A stretch of 33,572 nt of DNA, from positions 1 to 33,572 of the forward strand of contig JYFJ02004253.1 of the NCBI GenBank assembly GCA_000934665.2. The letters are read 5' to 3'. The position numbers were made by a program, and so were the translations under genes. Positions 23,469 through 33,572 of this stretch are shown one piece after another. The notes under the pieces were generated by a model. That model was not told the DNA's origin and searched no databases. It worked only from the letters and a program-made list of their open reading frames with translations. Position 1 is the stretch's first letter; every line of letters starts with the position of its first letter. This DNA is from Catajapyx aquilonaris (Eukaryota).

Positions 23469-23778
23469 TGATGCATGGTGGTCCGATGGTTACGCCACTG
23501 ACCAGCCAAGCGGGAGATCAGGGTTCAAATCCCGTCCCTGTCACCTCTGCTTGGCCGGGTCTTTTTCCGCTTTTCACCCAACATGCCGGGGCAGAATTGC
23601 ACTCCCTACTCTGCCCAGGGCCAGGAGAAAAGGTCTGGTGTATTTCGGAAGTCAGAAATTACTATAATTACAGCACCCTCCCTCGGGAACCTCCCCTTCC
23701 CCCCTAAAACGGCTCCTCCCAATCACGGGGTAAAAAAATTTATGAATAAATAAATAAATAATAATAATAATACTAATA
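23469..23778 (+). mobile_element. tRNA-derived SINE
   Basis: TGGTCCGATGG / GGTTCAAATCCC boxes, AAT-rich tail, TSD ATCCCCCTCA. Confidence 0.8.
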
Positions 23779-23973
23779 ATCCCCCTCAAAAGCTGCCTTG
23801 ACTGACAATTAACTGGTATTTCTGGTAGAATAACCTGCTAGTCCTCTTAGAGATGCACAAAACCAGCTAACTCTGCTTGGGAACACAAGCAATTTTTCAT
23901 CCTTTTTTGGACTGCCACACTCAAAGGGTACAGCGATAAATTTTCCAGTGATACTGTAATACATTTAGGTATA

Positions 23974-24091
23974 TAGTCTGGTGACCCGGGGTAGCTTGCC
24001 CCCTGGGGTAACTGGTTGTTTACTGCTATCCTTTTACATATGTTGCCATGGTGATTGCCCCCGGGATAGCTTACCCCGGGTCATCAGACTA
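23974..24091. repeat. Small inverted-repeat element
   Basis: TAGTCTGGTGACCCGGGGTA...TACCCCGGGTCATCAGACTA; no TSD seen. Confidence 0.55.
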
Positions 24092-24116
24092 GGGGCCTTA
24101 GTGGAGATTGTTACTA

Positions 24117-24849
24117 CAAGGATCATGTGGGAAAATAAGTTTTGTGATGCTACAGTTTTGATGCCATATGGTGGACAGGGTAAAGACGAGGATGAGCAGG
24201 GATGTTGATCCTTCCAGTACTTCAGAGGATGGGTAGGCACCATCTTGGAGCTTGTGTGCAGGTGCAGCAGCCGTCGCACAAGTGGCGAGCAGAGCGTGCC
24301 TGCCCACATTCTGCCAGGAGAAGTCGTGGAAGACAGAAGTGTGTTGGTCACATGGACTAAGGAAAAAGTGAGGGCAGTTGTTTGCTACATGTGGGCACAT
24401 GAGGCACTGACATTCGTTGCTGGCTGATGAAGATGTATAGTCAGGATGTCATGTCTGAGCAAATGGTGCGACGATAGCACCAGCAATTCCGTGATGGGCT
24501 CGCAAACGTGAAGGACAACCAGAGACCCAGACAACTGGCCACAGCAGCCACAACTGACACTGTCAGTAGTGGTCTCACTTCCGCCTTAGTCATGTGACCA
24601 ACAGACATCTGTCTACCATGAGTTCTGGTGGAATGTAGGCGAGCATGCCAAGGCCTGTTGGGCACACTCTGCTCAGCACTTGGTCTCTTCCAACAGCTGA
24701 TTGGCCTGCGCACAAGCTGTAAGATGATGCCTACTTGTCCTATAACGTACTGGAAGGATCGACAGCCCTGCTCATGCTCGTCTTTACCATGTTAATCACA
24801 TGGCGTCAAAACTGTAGCATTGTGAAACTTATTTTCCGACTGACCCTCG
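24117..24849. mobile_element. mariner-derived foldback element
   Basis: TA TSD, TIR CGAGGGTCAGTCGGAAAATAAGTT, arms about 260 bp, central HTH relic MYSQDVMSEQMVRR*HQQFRDG..VKD..R. Confidence 0.8.
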
Positions 24850-25203
24850 TAATATCTTCTGAAAAAGTGAATCTGAGTTTTCCTCCTACAGATAATTTGA
24901 ATAGTGAAATCCTGGTTTCAAAATCACAATTTTGCAGTTTTTCAAGTTTCAAGTGATTGCGGAAGGCACTAGGAATAGTCATTCCACGTCAAAATAAATC
25001 ATCCAGACCATGCAACCCGACCATCTCTGATTTTGATCAATTTGGTACATTTGTTGTATACATGTTCAAAAAGAATTATCCTCAAAATTTCAGCTTAATA
25101 CATTGGTTAGATCAAAAGTTATGAACTGTCCAAAATATTGGTCATAAATGGGAAATAAGCTTCACTAAATTGTTGGGAAAGGCGCACTGTCTTGTAATTT
25201 ATT

Positions 25204-25486
25204 ATAATAATAATTCATACCCCGTTATCAGCCATCGGCTCTTTAGGGGGGAAGTTTGTTTTGCCTGGAACTCTTTGCTTTTCATTTTACTGTGCTCTTT
25301 GGGATAGGATAGGGATGGAAGGAAGCGGCTGTGGCCTCTTAAAGAAAAAGCAACTCCGGAATTTTCCTGGAAGGACCGTGGGAAACCACAGAAAACCACG
25401 GTCAGAGTTGCCGGCCCCGGGATTTGATCCCAGGACCTCCCGATTAGCAGTCGGACACCATATCCCCTCCTCCAAACTCCTTCGGT
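25204..25486 (-). mobile_element. tRNA-derived SINE, same family as 22738-23060
   Basis: Colinear similarity to the other copy; TSD TGTCTTGTAATTTATT. Confidence 0.88.
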
Positions 25487-25859
25487 GTCTTGTAATTTAT
25501 TTTACTATGCATTCATTACTTGTACTACAAACCTACAAATTTCTACACTTATGGTTTAAAATATGCTGATTGCAAAAGTTCCATCAGATTTTCATTATCA
25601 ATGAGATTTTGCAATACTAAAATAGTAAGTAAGTTCTTTATTTCCGTTTGCGGATTTCCCATATCACGGAAAGTAATTGTAACTTTTTCGTAGCTTGTAA
25701 AAAGAAATTATACAACAAAAAAAATACTGGTCGACGGTGTATCTACAAATAATGGGTGAATCGAGTTTATCGGTACCCTTGGATTTATCCAGGCACTGCC
25801 TTCTTGCTTCTTTAAAAAAAAACATTCATATGACAAGTGATATAATGTAAATGTACTAT

Positions 25860-26126
25860 TTATTTTATTATTTTTATTTTTATTACCCCGTGATGTCCCT
25901 TACGGGAGCTATAAGGGGGGGGGGGGGGGGGGGCGGCATACCACCATCAGTTTTCTGTATTTCTTCAATCTCCGTGCAAGGACTTGTTCAGGATATANAC
26001 ACCTCCTTGGTGCAGGTCAGAGACCCTCCCGACGCAGGTGAAAGGAAGTTCCCCAGGCGGGGATCGAACCTGGGGCCTTTCACTCGCAAGCCGAGACGTT
26101 ACCATCTCGGCCACCACACCTCCTCC
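25860..26126 (-). mobile_element. tRNA-derived SINE (A)
   Basis: A/B boxes on the minus strand; TSD TAAATGTACTAT at 25848-25859 / 26127-26138. Confidence 0.85.
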
Positions 26127-26139
26127 TAAATGTACTATC

Positions 26140-26457
26140 GGGGAAGGCGTGATGGCCGAGATGGTAACGTCTGGGCTTGCTGTGCGGAAGGACCCTGGTT
26201 CGATCCCCGCCCGGGAGTTCCCTTCCGCCTGCATCAGTGGGTCTCTGACTCGTGCCTAAGAAGGCGTCTTGGCAACCTAGCCTTCTGGGAGACTGCACAT
26301 GACCCATTTCCGACAGTGCACTTGCACCTGTGTCCCCATTTCCTTACTCCCCTGCACGGAGAATGAAGAACAACGTATAAAAAATACTAGAAAACTGATG
26401 GTGGTATGCCACCCCCCTATAACGACTTACAGTTGTATCACGGGGTAAAATAAATAA
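26140..26457 (+). mobile_element. tRNA-derived SINE (B); its tail resumes at 29446-29465 after the LTR insertion
   Basis: TGGCCGAGATGG / GGTTCGATCCC boxes; TSD AATGTACTATC at 26129-26139 / 29466-29476. Confidence 0.85.
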
Positions 26458-29445
26458 TGTAGTGCCTCACGATGAGGCGTAAGAGACACCACAAAATAAC
26501 ACACGGAAACACGCCGGGGGAAAGGGTAAAACCACCACTGTGGACTTCTATTCAGGACAACTCGTACACACATCCGTCCAGGAGGACGGTAGAACAAGAA
26601 CTAACATTTATCGAACATCAACAACATCAGTGTCCTGGCAACCAGGGCAACAGACAACAACCTGGTAGCCAGGACACTACAATCTTCCCCCCTTAAAGAG
26701 AACGAGAAATATCTCGTTCCTTAACAATATGCTCCCATTCCAACTTGGACTTCTTTTTCTTCTTTCTCCAGTTCCTCCAGACTGGCCCTCTCCAGCTGGA
26801 GTTTCTTTCTCTGTCCAGTGACCGTTGATCTTCCGCATCTGCTTGATCATCAGGCCCGTCAAGATCAGCTTCTGCTTGGGCATCAGCCTCCGCCTCTAGC
26901 TGCTTCTGCCTCAGCTTCCGGAAGTCGTCCAATGATGTACAGACCCCTTCTGCAGCACCAAACCCTGTTGTAGTTCGCATTCCCTGCACCTGGGCCTCTT
27001 CTCGCCACTTGACTCGACGGTCCATCGTTACTTCACCATCTTCCCAGCACCGAATGTCATTCATCCCCCTGACTGCTTTGTCCCGCAGGTTGCCTCTATA
27101 TTGGAGACAACTCTTGGCACGCATCTGACTCGGCCTGCTGGCTTCTTCGTCGACCAGTTCTTCCATCGCTGGCTTCAGGTACAGCAGACCTCCTGGTTCA
27201 CTGCAGCACCCTATGGCACGTCTCCCCATGCTCTTCCCCAGCCCTCCATCGTCATGACGCAACCGCAGAGCGCCTACAGCCTGGTACTCTTCAGCTTCGT
27301 CTCTCACCTGCTCCTGGCTCCTCAACTCATCTTTCATCCCCGGGATGTTCCCTGTTGAGCACTCACACTTAGCTGAGGTTACTTCGTTGCTCTCAGGACC
27401 CACCAACAGCAAGCTCTTGGGATCTTCGGCCTCTGAACCTTCCTTCCTCAGCCCCCAGGTGTCCAAACCGTCATCCAGACCACCAGCCACTGGCTCCAAG
27501 ATCTGCAGCGCCCCTGGTCCATTGCAGCATCCCTTGGCACTACTTTCCATGCCCCCTTCCAGCTCCCTGGCGATATGGTGCAATCCCATTACGCCCTCTG
27601 TTTGGCCCTTTTCGGTCTTCACCCTCTTCATCTCAGCCTGGTGGGAGATTGTCCCAGCATCTTCTTGCCCCCCGACTGGATGGTACAGCGACTCGGCACT
27701 CTCTCTCCGGCACCGGTCTTCCTTCTTTCGCTCGACATCTTTGTTCCTCAGGCCACTTCTGCCACTCTCGGAACACTTCTGCACTGGCCTCCGAGTGTCC
27801 TCGCCATCAGCCTGGTCATCCGTCCCTGGCTTCAGGATCTGCACGCTTCCTGGCACGCTGCAGTATCTCCTGGCACTTCGATCTGTGCCTTCCACCAGCT
27901 CCCTGACGGTGAGGCGCCACCCCATGGTGCCCTCTACCTGGTCTTCTTCGGTCCTCACACCATTTCGGCCCAGCCAGTTGTCCAAACCCGGGTTGACCTC
28001 TGCTACCCCGCTGGTACTCATGTCATCGCCTGTTGTTGGAACTCTTATCTCCAACCACACGGGATCTCTCACCTCAGGACTTTTCTTCAATGGTCCCCGG
28101 GCACCCTCGCTGTCAACCGTACTGACCGTCGCTGGCCTCTGGATCTGCAGGCCACCCCCTGGTTCACTGCAGCCTCCCTTGGCACATCTCCCTGTGCCTT
28201 CATCCAGCCTCACGACATCATGGTGCACCATCACAGCACCACCTGTCCGGTCCTCTTCAGCTCTCACGTGCCTCTGGCCTAAAGTGCCCTTCCCAGAGAT
28301 GATCCCAGTCGTGCCACTGATCCCGGCTGCGGCACCACTTGACCCTTTCATCGGCAGGCCCCCTGTTGGCTCTCCGCAAACCCTCTCAGGCGCACCTGAC
28401 CTCGACAGCACAGTCGCAAGATGCGGCACACACTCATCACACTCGGGCCTCTTGCCCTCCGACGCACCGGTACTGGTACTGCCGTCATCGCCTGGCAACC
28501 TCACCTGATCACTCATTCTTGGCGCCTCCAGGAGTGTTTGGAGTGACACCGATGAACCCCCTTGGCCGTCGCATGGCAACGTCGATTGGCCCATTGTTGG
28601 CTCCTTCCGAATTGTACGGTGCTGCGATGCGGTCGTCGACCGTGTTCCTAAGCCATGTGCGGTGGAGTAGACCCCGTGAGGTGCAACTCTGCCCCCATTT
28701 CCATTGGGAGCAAGCCTTGCCAACATAGCCTTCCTCTCCTCCAAACACCGCACTCTCGCCTCCAGCTCCTCGCGGCTCCGACTTTGGGCCTCTGCGACCA
28801 TCCGCATCTGCTCCAACTCGTCTCTCATTTCCTGCCGCCTCTTGTCCCGGATCCGACGAGCAGCCTCCACAGCCATCTGCATCTGCACGAACTCCTCCTT
28901 CAGTTCCTTCCTGATGAGCTTCGTCTCCGTCCTGGAAGCTCTTCCATCGGGCAGGGGCCCTCCTCGCAATACTGGGGAATCGCCATCTCTGCCCCACTTG
29001 CTTCCCTGCCACCTACCCGGAGTTCTGTCCTCTCCCGTCTCCATCCTGTGCTGCAGTCCTTCAACATATATCCTCCAGTCCACGGATCCACTGCCCTCCT
29101 CGGCTTTGAAGCACCTTTCTTCCCCCAGGATGGCTCGCAGCTGCTGAAGGAATGCCATCTTCCTCAGCGACGTCCAATCCGGCCTTGTGGTTCCGATATC
29201 CAAACACTTCTGACACCAATTTGTAGTGCCTCACGATGAGGCGTAAGAGACACCACAAAATAACACACGGAAACACGCCGGGGGAAAGGGTAAAACCACC
29301 ACTGTGGACTTCTATTCAGGACAACTCGTACACACATCCGTCCAGGAGGACGGTAGAACAAGAACTAACATTTATCGAACATCAACAACATCAGTGTCCT
29401 GGCAACCAGGGCAACAGACAACAACCTGGTAGCCAGGACACTACA
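26458..29445 (-). mobile_element. Non-autonomous Gypsy-like LTR retrotransposon
   Basis: Two 224-bp LTRs (26458-26681, 29222-29445), identical by eye, with TGTAGTG...CACTACA ends; ATAA TSD; PBS TGGTGTCAGAAGTG (tRNA-Leu type); PPT AAGGGGGAAGA. Confidence 0.95.
26693..29203 (-). CDS. Uncharacterised 836-aa LTR-element protein (821 aa from the ATG at 29158): coiled coil plus four internal repeats
   Basis: Uninterrupted ORF filling the interval between PBS and PPT; no protease, RT, RNase H or integrase catalytic motifs seen. Confidence 0.7.
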   Translation of the reverse strand: MDIGTTRPDWTSLRKMAFLQQLRAILGEERCFKAEEGSGSVDWRIYVEGLQHRMETGEDRTPGRWQGSKWGRDGDSPVLRGGPLPDGRASRTETKLIRKELKEEFVQMQMAVEAARRIRDKRRQEMRDELEQMRMVAEAQSRSREELEARVRCLEERKAMLARLAPNGNGGRVAPHGVYSTAHGLGTRSTTASQHRTIRKEPTMGQSTLPCDGQGGSSVSLQTLLEAPRMSDQVRLPGDDGSTSTGASEGKRPECDECVPHLATVLSRSGAPERVCGEPTGGLPMKGSSGAAAGISGTTGIISGKGTLGQRHVRAEEDRTGGAVMVHHDVVRLDEGTGRCAKGGCSEPGGGLQIQRPATVSTVDSEGARGPLKKSPEVRDPVWLEIRVPTTGDDMSTSGVAEVNPGLDNWLGRNGVRTEEDQVEGTMGWRLTVRELVEGTDRSARRYCSVPGSVQILKPGTDDQADGEDTRRPVQKCSESGRSGLRNKDVERKKEDRCRRESAESLYHPVGGQEDAGTISHQAEMKRVKTEKGQTEGVMGLHHIARELEGGMESSAKGCCNGPGALQILEPVAGGLDDGLDTWGLRKEGSEAEDPKSLLLVGPESNEVTSAKCECSTGNIPGMKDELRSQEQVRDEAEEYQAVGALRLRHDDGGLGKSMGRRAIGCCSEPGGLLYLKPAMEELVDEEASRPSQMRAKSCLQYRGNLRDKAVRGMNDIRCWEDGEVTMDRRVKWREEAQVQGMRTTTGFGAAEGVCTSLDDFRKLRQKQLEAEADAQAEADLDGPDDQADAEDQRSLDRERNSSWRGPVWRNWRKKKKKSKLEWEHIVKERDISRSL

Positions 29446-30022
29446 ATAATTAATAAAAAATATATAATGTACTATCAACCATATAATATTACATAATGTA
29501 CAGATCTCATCATTTTCTACCCTTATTCTACAACCTTGTGCCCAAAATATCCTTGAGCCATTTCTTAAATTTGCTAGTAATCTTATCCTTTTGAGAGGTA
29601 AATCTTGTAAGTACTTTTTCTGCATAAACCCATTTGAGATTTCTTGATAGTGTTGATATGCTTTTGTATTTCTAGTGCTATCCTATCCCACGCTATTGTA
29701 TTGTCTATAAAGGTCGTGATTAATCCTCTTAAATGTCTAGCAATAGTAAAATAAATGTTGCTTGTCCAAAAATTCCATGACCTTGAAACCTTGCAAGCAA
29801 ATTGTTCATTGTGCGGAGTTCATACAGTGACAAAAACAGTACCATTGGAAAGCTAATTTTGGGAACTTAGAAAATCTGTAATAAAATGTTTGTGTATTGT
29901 ACTTTTAACAGTTAAAAATAGCTTTTTTACATAAAAAGCAGGAAATTCAATATACGTACCCTCACTGTGAAGCCTCCAAAATGTTCACTTCTCTAATCAG
30001 ACTGATTTTTCTTGTAGAACAA

Positions 30023-31072
30023 TCACTTTCTTTCAATCAGTTCAGTAGAATGTTCATGTAATTTGTATTGTCTTCCTGTTATAGTTGTGGGGGTGTCCAC
30101 AATGCAAAGAATATGTTGCACTGGCACCCAACACTTGTCTTCTGTTTGAGGCCAGTAGAAAGACAAGGCTGGACCATGAGGGTGCAGGAATTTCACAGAC
30201 ACATCCCCTTCAGTCTCCTCAATATCTTCTACTAGGCCTAGGTTGTCATAAATGCAGCTGAAGTATGAATTGTGGATAACTGCTTTAGCGTGACATCGCA
30301 ATCCCCGGCAGTGTCACTCTGAAATTTGAATCTCATCAGTGCAACAACATCATCTTGGCTGATTCTTTTAATGGCTATTGATGTTCGCGAGATGGGCACA
30401 AAGTGATGGAAGCTTCCGGTCCCAGTTATGGTCTTCACTCCTTTGAAGCGTACTTTTAACTTATCCCTAACTAGAATCATACCATCCTTTCTGATGAAGA
30501 AGAAGGATATACAGGGTGTATCAGAACTCTACCGTAAGCCATGTGCCAATGGCATAAGGTGCACCAGAGCATCATTATATGTAGAGGGGTCATCATGTCT
30601 AGGCAGCCACATCACGTAGATAATTGATCATTTGCGAAGTAGCGATTGCGCTTAAGCGTGATTGTAGAATAGCAGTGCATATGGGGGGAACTGCATTCTA
30701 AGAGCCCTCAGTGACTACCCCAATAGCAGTGTGGCAGTAGCCCCCCAGAAAATAGCTGCGACCTTCACCTGTGACGCGATTGCGGCTGAAGGTTTGCATA
30801 CCTGCCAGGATATTTTATACCTATTGGTTGAGGTCAATTATCTCGGTCATGCGGGGGCCCAGGCCTATGATTCCGATACTGTAAATGATCATCTGCTGAC
30901 CATTACGCCATTGGCATATGGCTTACGGTAGAGTTCTGATACACCCTGTATATTCTCTGTGGCTTGTACAGAATTCATATGAGTTGCTGTCATAATTTGA
31001 TTTTCATATTGTTTTTGTAAGCTAGCTTGTGCTGCTAGTCTCTTTACGGTGCCACCAATGCCATCACAAGGT
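30023..31072 (-). pseudogene. Decayed DNA transposase C-terminus (Sola2-like), split by a MITE
   Basis: PCDGIGGTVKRLAAQASLQ..NQI; KTITGTGSFHHFVP; FLHPHGPALSFYWP..DKCWVP..ILC. Confidence 0.7.
30512..30948. mobile_element. Tc1/mariner MITE
   Basis: TA|CAGGGTGTATCAGAACTCTACCGTAAGCCAT TIRs of about 45 bp. Confidence 0.88.
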
Positions 31073-31859
31073 CAGTGGCATTGGTGGCATCGTAAAGAGA
31101 CTAGCAGCACAACTAGCTTACAAAAACAAGCCTTTCAACTGGTATTATTACCCAATTGCCATACACTTTGCAGCATGCCCAGGTTATAAAGGGTCAGTCA
31201 TGGGGCCAATATATTCAGAGGAAGCTGAGAGGTCAGTGTAAAGCAGGGTAATATTTGTGATTTCCTCCTTCCCTTCGAGATTGTCAAAAATAAACTAATA
31301 TTAGTGACTTGCCAACTGCAATGGTTTATTGCCTCACAAGCAAGAATATTCTGAAATTTTCTTTCAGGACTTGCAAGTGATTGATTTGGTGTTGATAGCC
31401 TTCGGGTACCACACAAAAGACCAAATTGTGACATGGGCTGATTTCAGTCAGAGTGGGCTCTGTTAGTATCAGCATGTAAACATACGATTTTCAGGATTTT
31501 TTTCTCAATTATTGCTTTAGGGTAGGATGTTTGAAACTCTTATTGATAAGTTACCCAATGTCACAGCCTTCTACCTCTGGGGTCCTGAGCTCAATGCCGC
31601 AGTTGGACAGAGGATTTTCTGTCATGGAAAGTGTTTTGAGAGGTCTTTTCTATGTTTGCATGTGTTTTCTTGCGATTTTCCTGTACTTTCTGACGCTGTC
31701 CATAAACCTCTCTTCTCCTCTCACTCTCACGCCAGGTAGCCTGTAGTTACTTAGCTCCCCCAATAAACCAAACCATCCCAAACTCTCTCTTTACCATTGT
31801 AAAACTCACAGAAATGTACTTTTTTTTTCTAGGTCCTGATATCCTGCCACATTGTAAAG

Positions 31860-32387
31860 ATGTCTGTTGTGACTGTTCAGGTGGGACAATGTGGGATTCA
31901 ATCAGGCCGTGCTTTTTTTGATGCCCTGTCTGACGATGTGGACACACATGCAGTGAAACGTCATGATGCCATATATTGCCGAGAAGCAACTGAGAGATTT
32001 TTTCGTACCAACCGACCTGGTGAGCGAAGAGCAAGAGCTGTTTTGGTTGACACTGAGGAGAAAGTGGTGCATGACGTAATGAAGAGTGTAGACCGGCCCC
32101 CAGATGCACGGTGGTGGAACTATTATCCCCCAAATGCTATCTATCAGAAGGGCGGATCATACAACAACTGGGCATTTGGCTACAGTGTGAAAGGACCAGC
32201 ATTAAGTGAGGCCGTGGTGGATGTTACTAGCAGGGAGGTTGAGCGCTGTGACCAGTTGGAAGGCATTCTAACAGTGGGGAGTGCTGCTGGAGGTACCGGC
32301 TCAGGGGCTGGGGTGCGCCTGCTAAATGATTTCCGGGAAGAGTGGCCAAAGTCAACAATAGTGGCCATCTCAGTGCTTCCATACCAG
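31860..32387 (+). CDS. TUBD1: Delta-tubulin, first coding exon (176 codons); the rest was not found in the window
   Basis: MSVVTVQVGQCG, ERFF, ARAVLVDTEEKV, NNWAFGYSVKGP, EVERCD, AGGTGSG; acceptor ending at 31832, donor at 32388. Confidence 0.9.
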
Positions 32388-32853
32388 GTGAAATATTAAG
32401 TTGCTAAAATTGTGACCTTTGCAGGTTAGTTTGTGTGATGAAAATCGTTTTTATCATCAAATCATATTTATCCTTTGGTGCAAGTTTTTGAAGAATCCTT
32501 GTTTGTAAAAATTGTTAATTTTTTTGGTAGGGGTCTGTTCAGACAGAATAAGCAATTTTAGTACTCTCTGTACTGACTGCCACTTTGGTTGGTTTATTGT
32601 GGGAGCAAAAGCAACTAAGGCTATCTGGCATTGGGGATGGGAAGGGAAAAATGCAGGCTCCAGTGATGAAGGGATGAAGGGACATTAGCCACTACATCAC
32701 CTTGCTGCCACCTAACTGCTATGTAATTTTTGTAAAGTTCATAAGGTGGTTTTGACTTTCATATGGGTGGACCCGTGGACATTCTTCGTGTCTTGACCTG
32801 TGTGGGGGAGGATGCATAAGAGAGAATTTGAATTTGAACATCACACCAGAGAC

Positions 32854-32906
32854 CTAGGGATTGAGCAGGTCAGAGAAGACTTTCCTCTGACCTGCTCAAT
32901 CCCTAG
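32854..32906. repeat. Perfect hairpin with a 22-bp stem
   Basis: CTAGGGATTGAGCAGGTCAGAG, 9-nt loop, then the exact reverse complement. Confidence 0.85.
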
Positions 32907-33160
32907 TTGTTTACTTTGGTGAATGTAATTTTCACAAGTCAAAAAGATGATTCCTTTGACCTTGGAAATTAGGGCAAGTAAAGTAGCACGACACTAAAGT
33001 AAGGTAGCAGTTATTGGACCAGATGAATTTGCTTACCAGAATGACACAAAGTAGGAAAATAGCATACTATGCCATCTGAACGGGCCCTGCTTATTCTGAA
33101 ATTGACCCAATGGCAGCATTAGAGAAGATGAGACATTACTTATGGCTGCTGAAGAAAGGC

Positions 33161-33161
<1 letters not shown>

Positions 33162-33244
<83 letters not shown>

Positions 33245-33272
33245 GTTGTTGTTGTTATTGTTATTGTTATTA
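33162..33272. repeat. (TTA)n/(TTG)n microsatellite
   Basis: Directly visible in the sequence. Confidence 0.95.
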
Positions 33273-33289
33273 TGATTTATTTATTTATT

Positions 33290-33572
33290 TACTAGCAGGT
33301 TACCCGGCGTTGCCCGGGTATGTTGGGGTGCTGGTAAAGATAGGGGTACATATCTGTGATATATTACCTGCTTGTCTTATAGCGTACAGTTGACACGGAT
33401 ATTCTGATTGGATGTGTAAAAGGAGGAATGCGGATGGAGTTGGCCCAGGAAAAGACTGCACAGCCATGTGTTTTTCCCCCTGCATTTTTGACCCCTTGAC
33501 CCCCCCTCCCCCCCCAACCCCGCTTCACACCCCAACCTCGTTCCATATGTTTGCTCTGGATAACTTTAGAAA
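33290..33572 (+). mobile_element. 5' end of a Helitron/Helentron-like non-autonomous element
   Basis: TACTAGC..TTACCCGGCGTTGCCCGGGTA subterminal hairpin; runs off the end of the window. Confidence 0.5.

Noticed and set aside
27345..28508. 387-aa and other plus-strand ORFs in the LTR interior
   Set aside because: Antisense shadows of the GC-rich 836-aa ORF, with no recognisable motifs.

Overview
Repeat-dense eukaryotic (probably arthropod) genomic window; most of it is nested transposable elements. Three host genes are visible, all on +. PSMG3/PAC3 (ATG 15084; not visible as one ORF because of splicing) runs without a stop into, and overlaps, a complete 3-exon GPN2 gene (15814-16921). The first coding exon of delta-tubulin TUBD1 lies at 31860-32387. 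Mobile elements: a 3'-interrupted APE-type LINE; four Tc4/Tc5-type elements with CAAGGGAA ends at CTNAG sites; a deleted PIF/Harbinger; mariner/Tc, hAT, Harbinger and piggyBac-like MITEs; a Sola2-like transposase relic; six tRNA-derived SINEs with TSDs; and a very young 3.0-kb LTR element with identical LTRs and one 836-codon ORF lacking any recognisable pol domain. The top candidates for novelty are the same-strand PSMG3/GPN2 overlap and the pol-less LTR element encoding a repeat protein. All family assignments come from motifs recognised by eye; no database searches were run.
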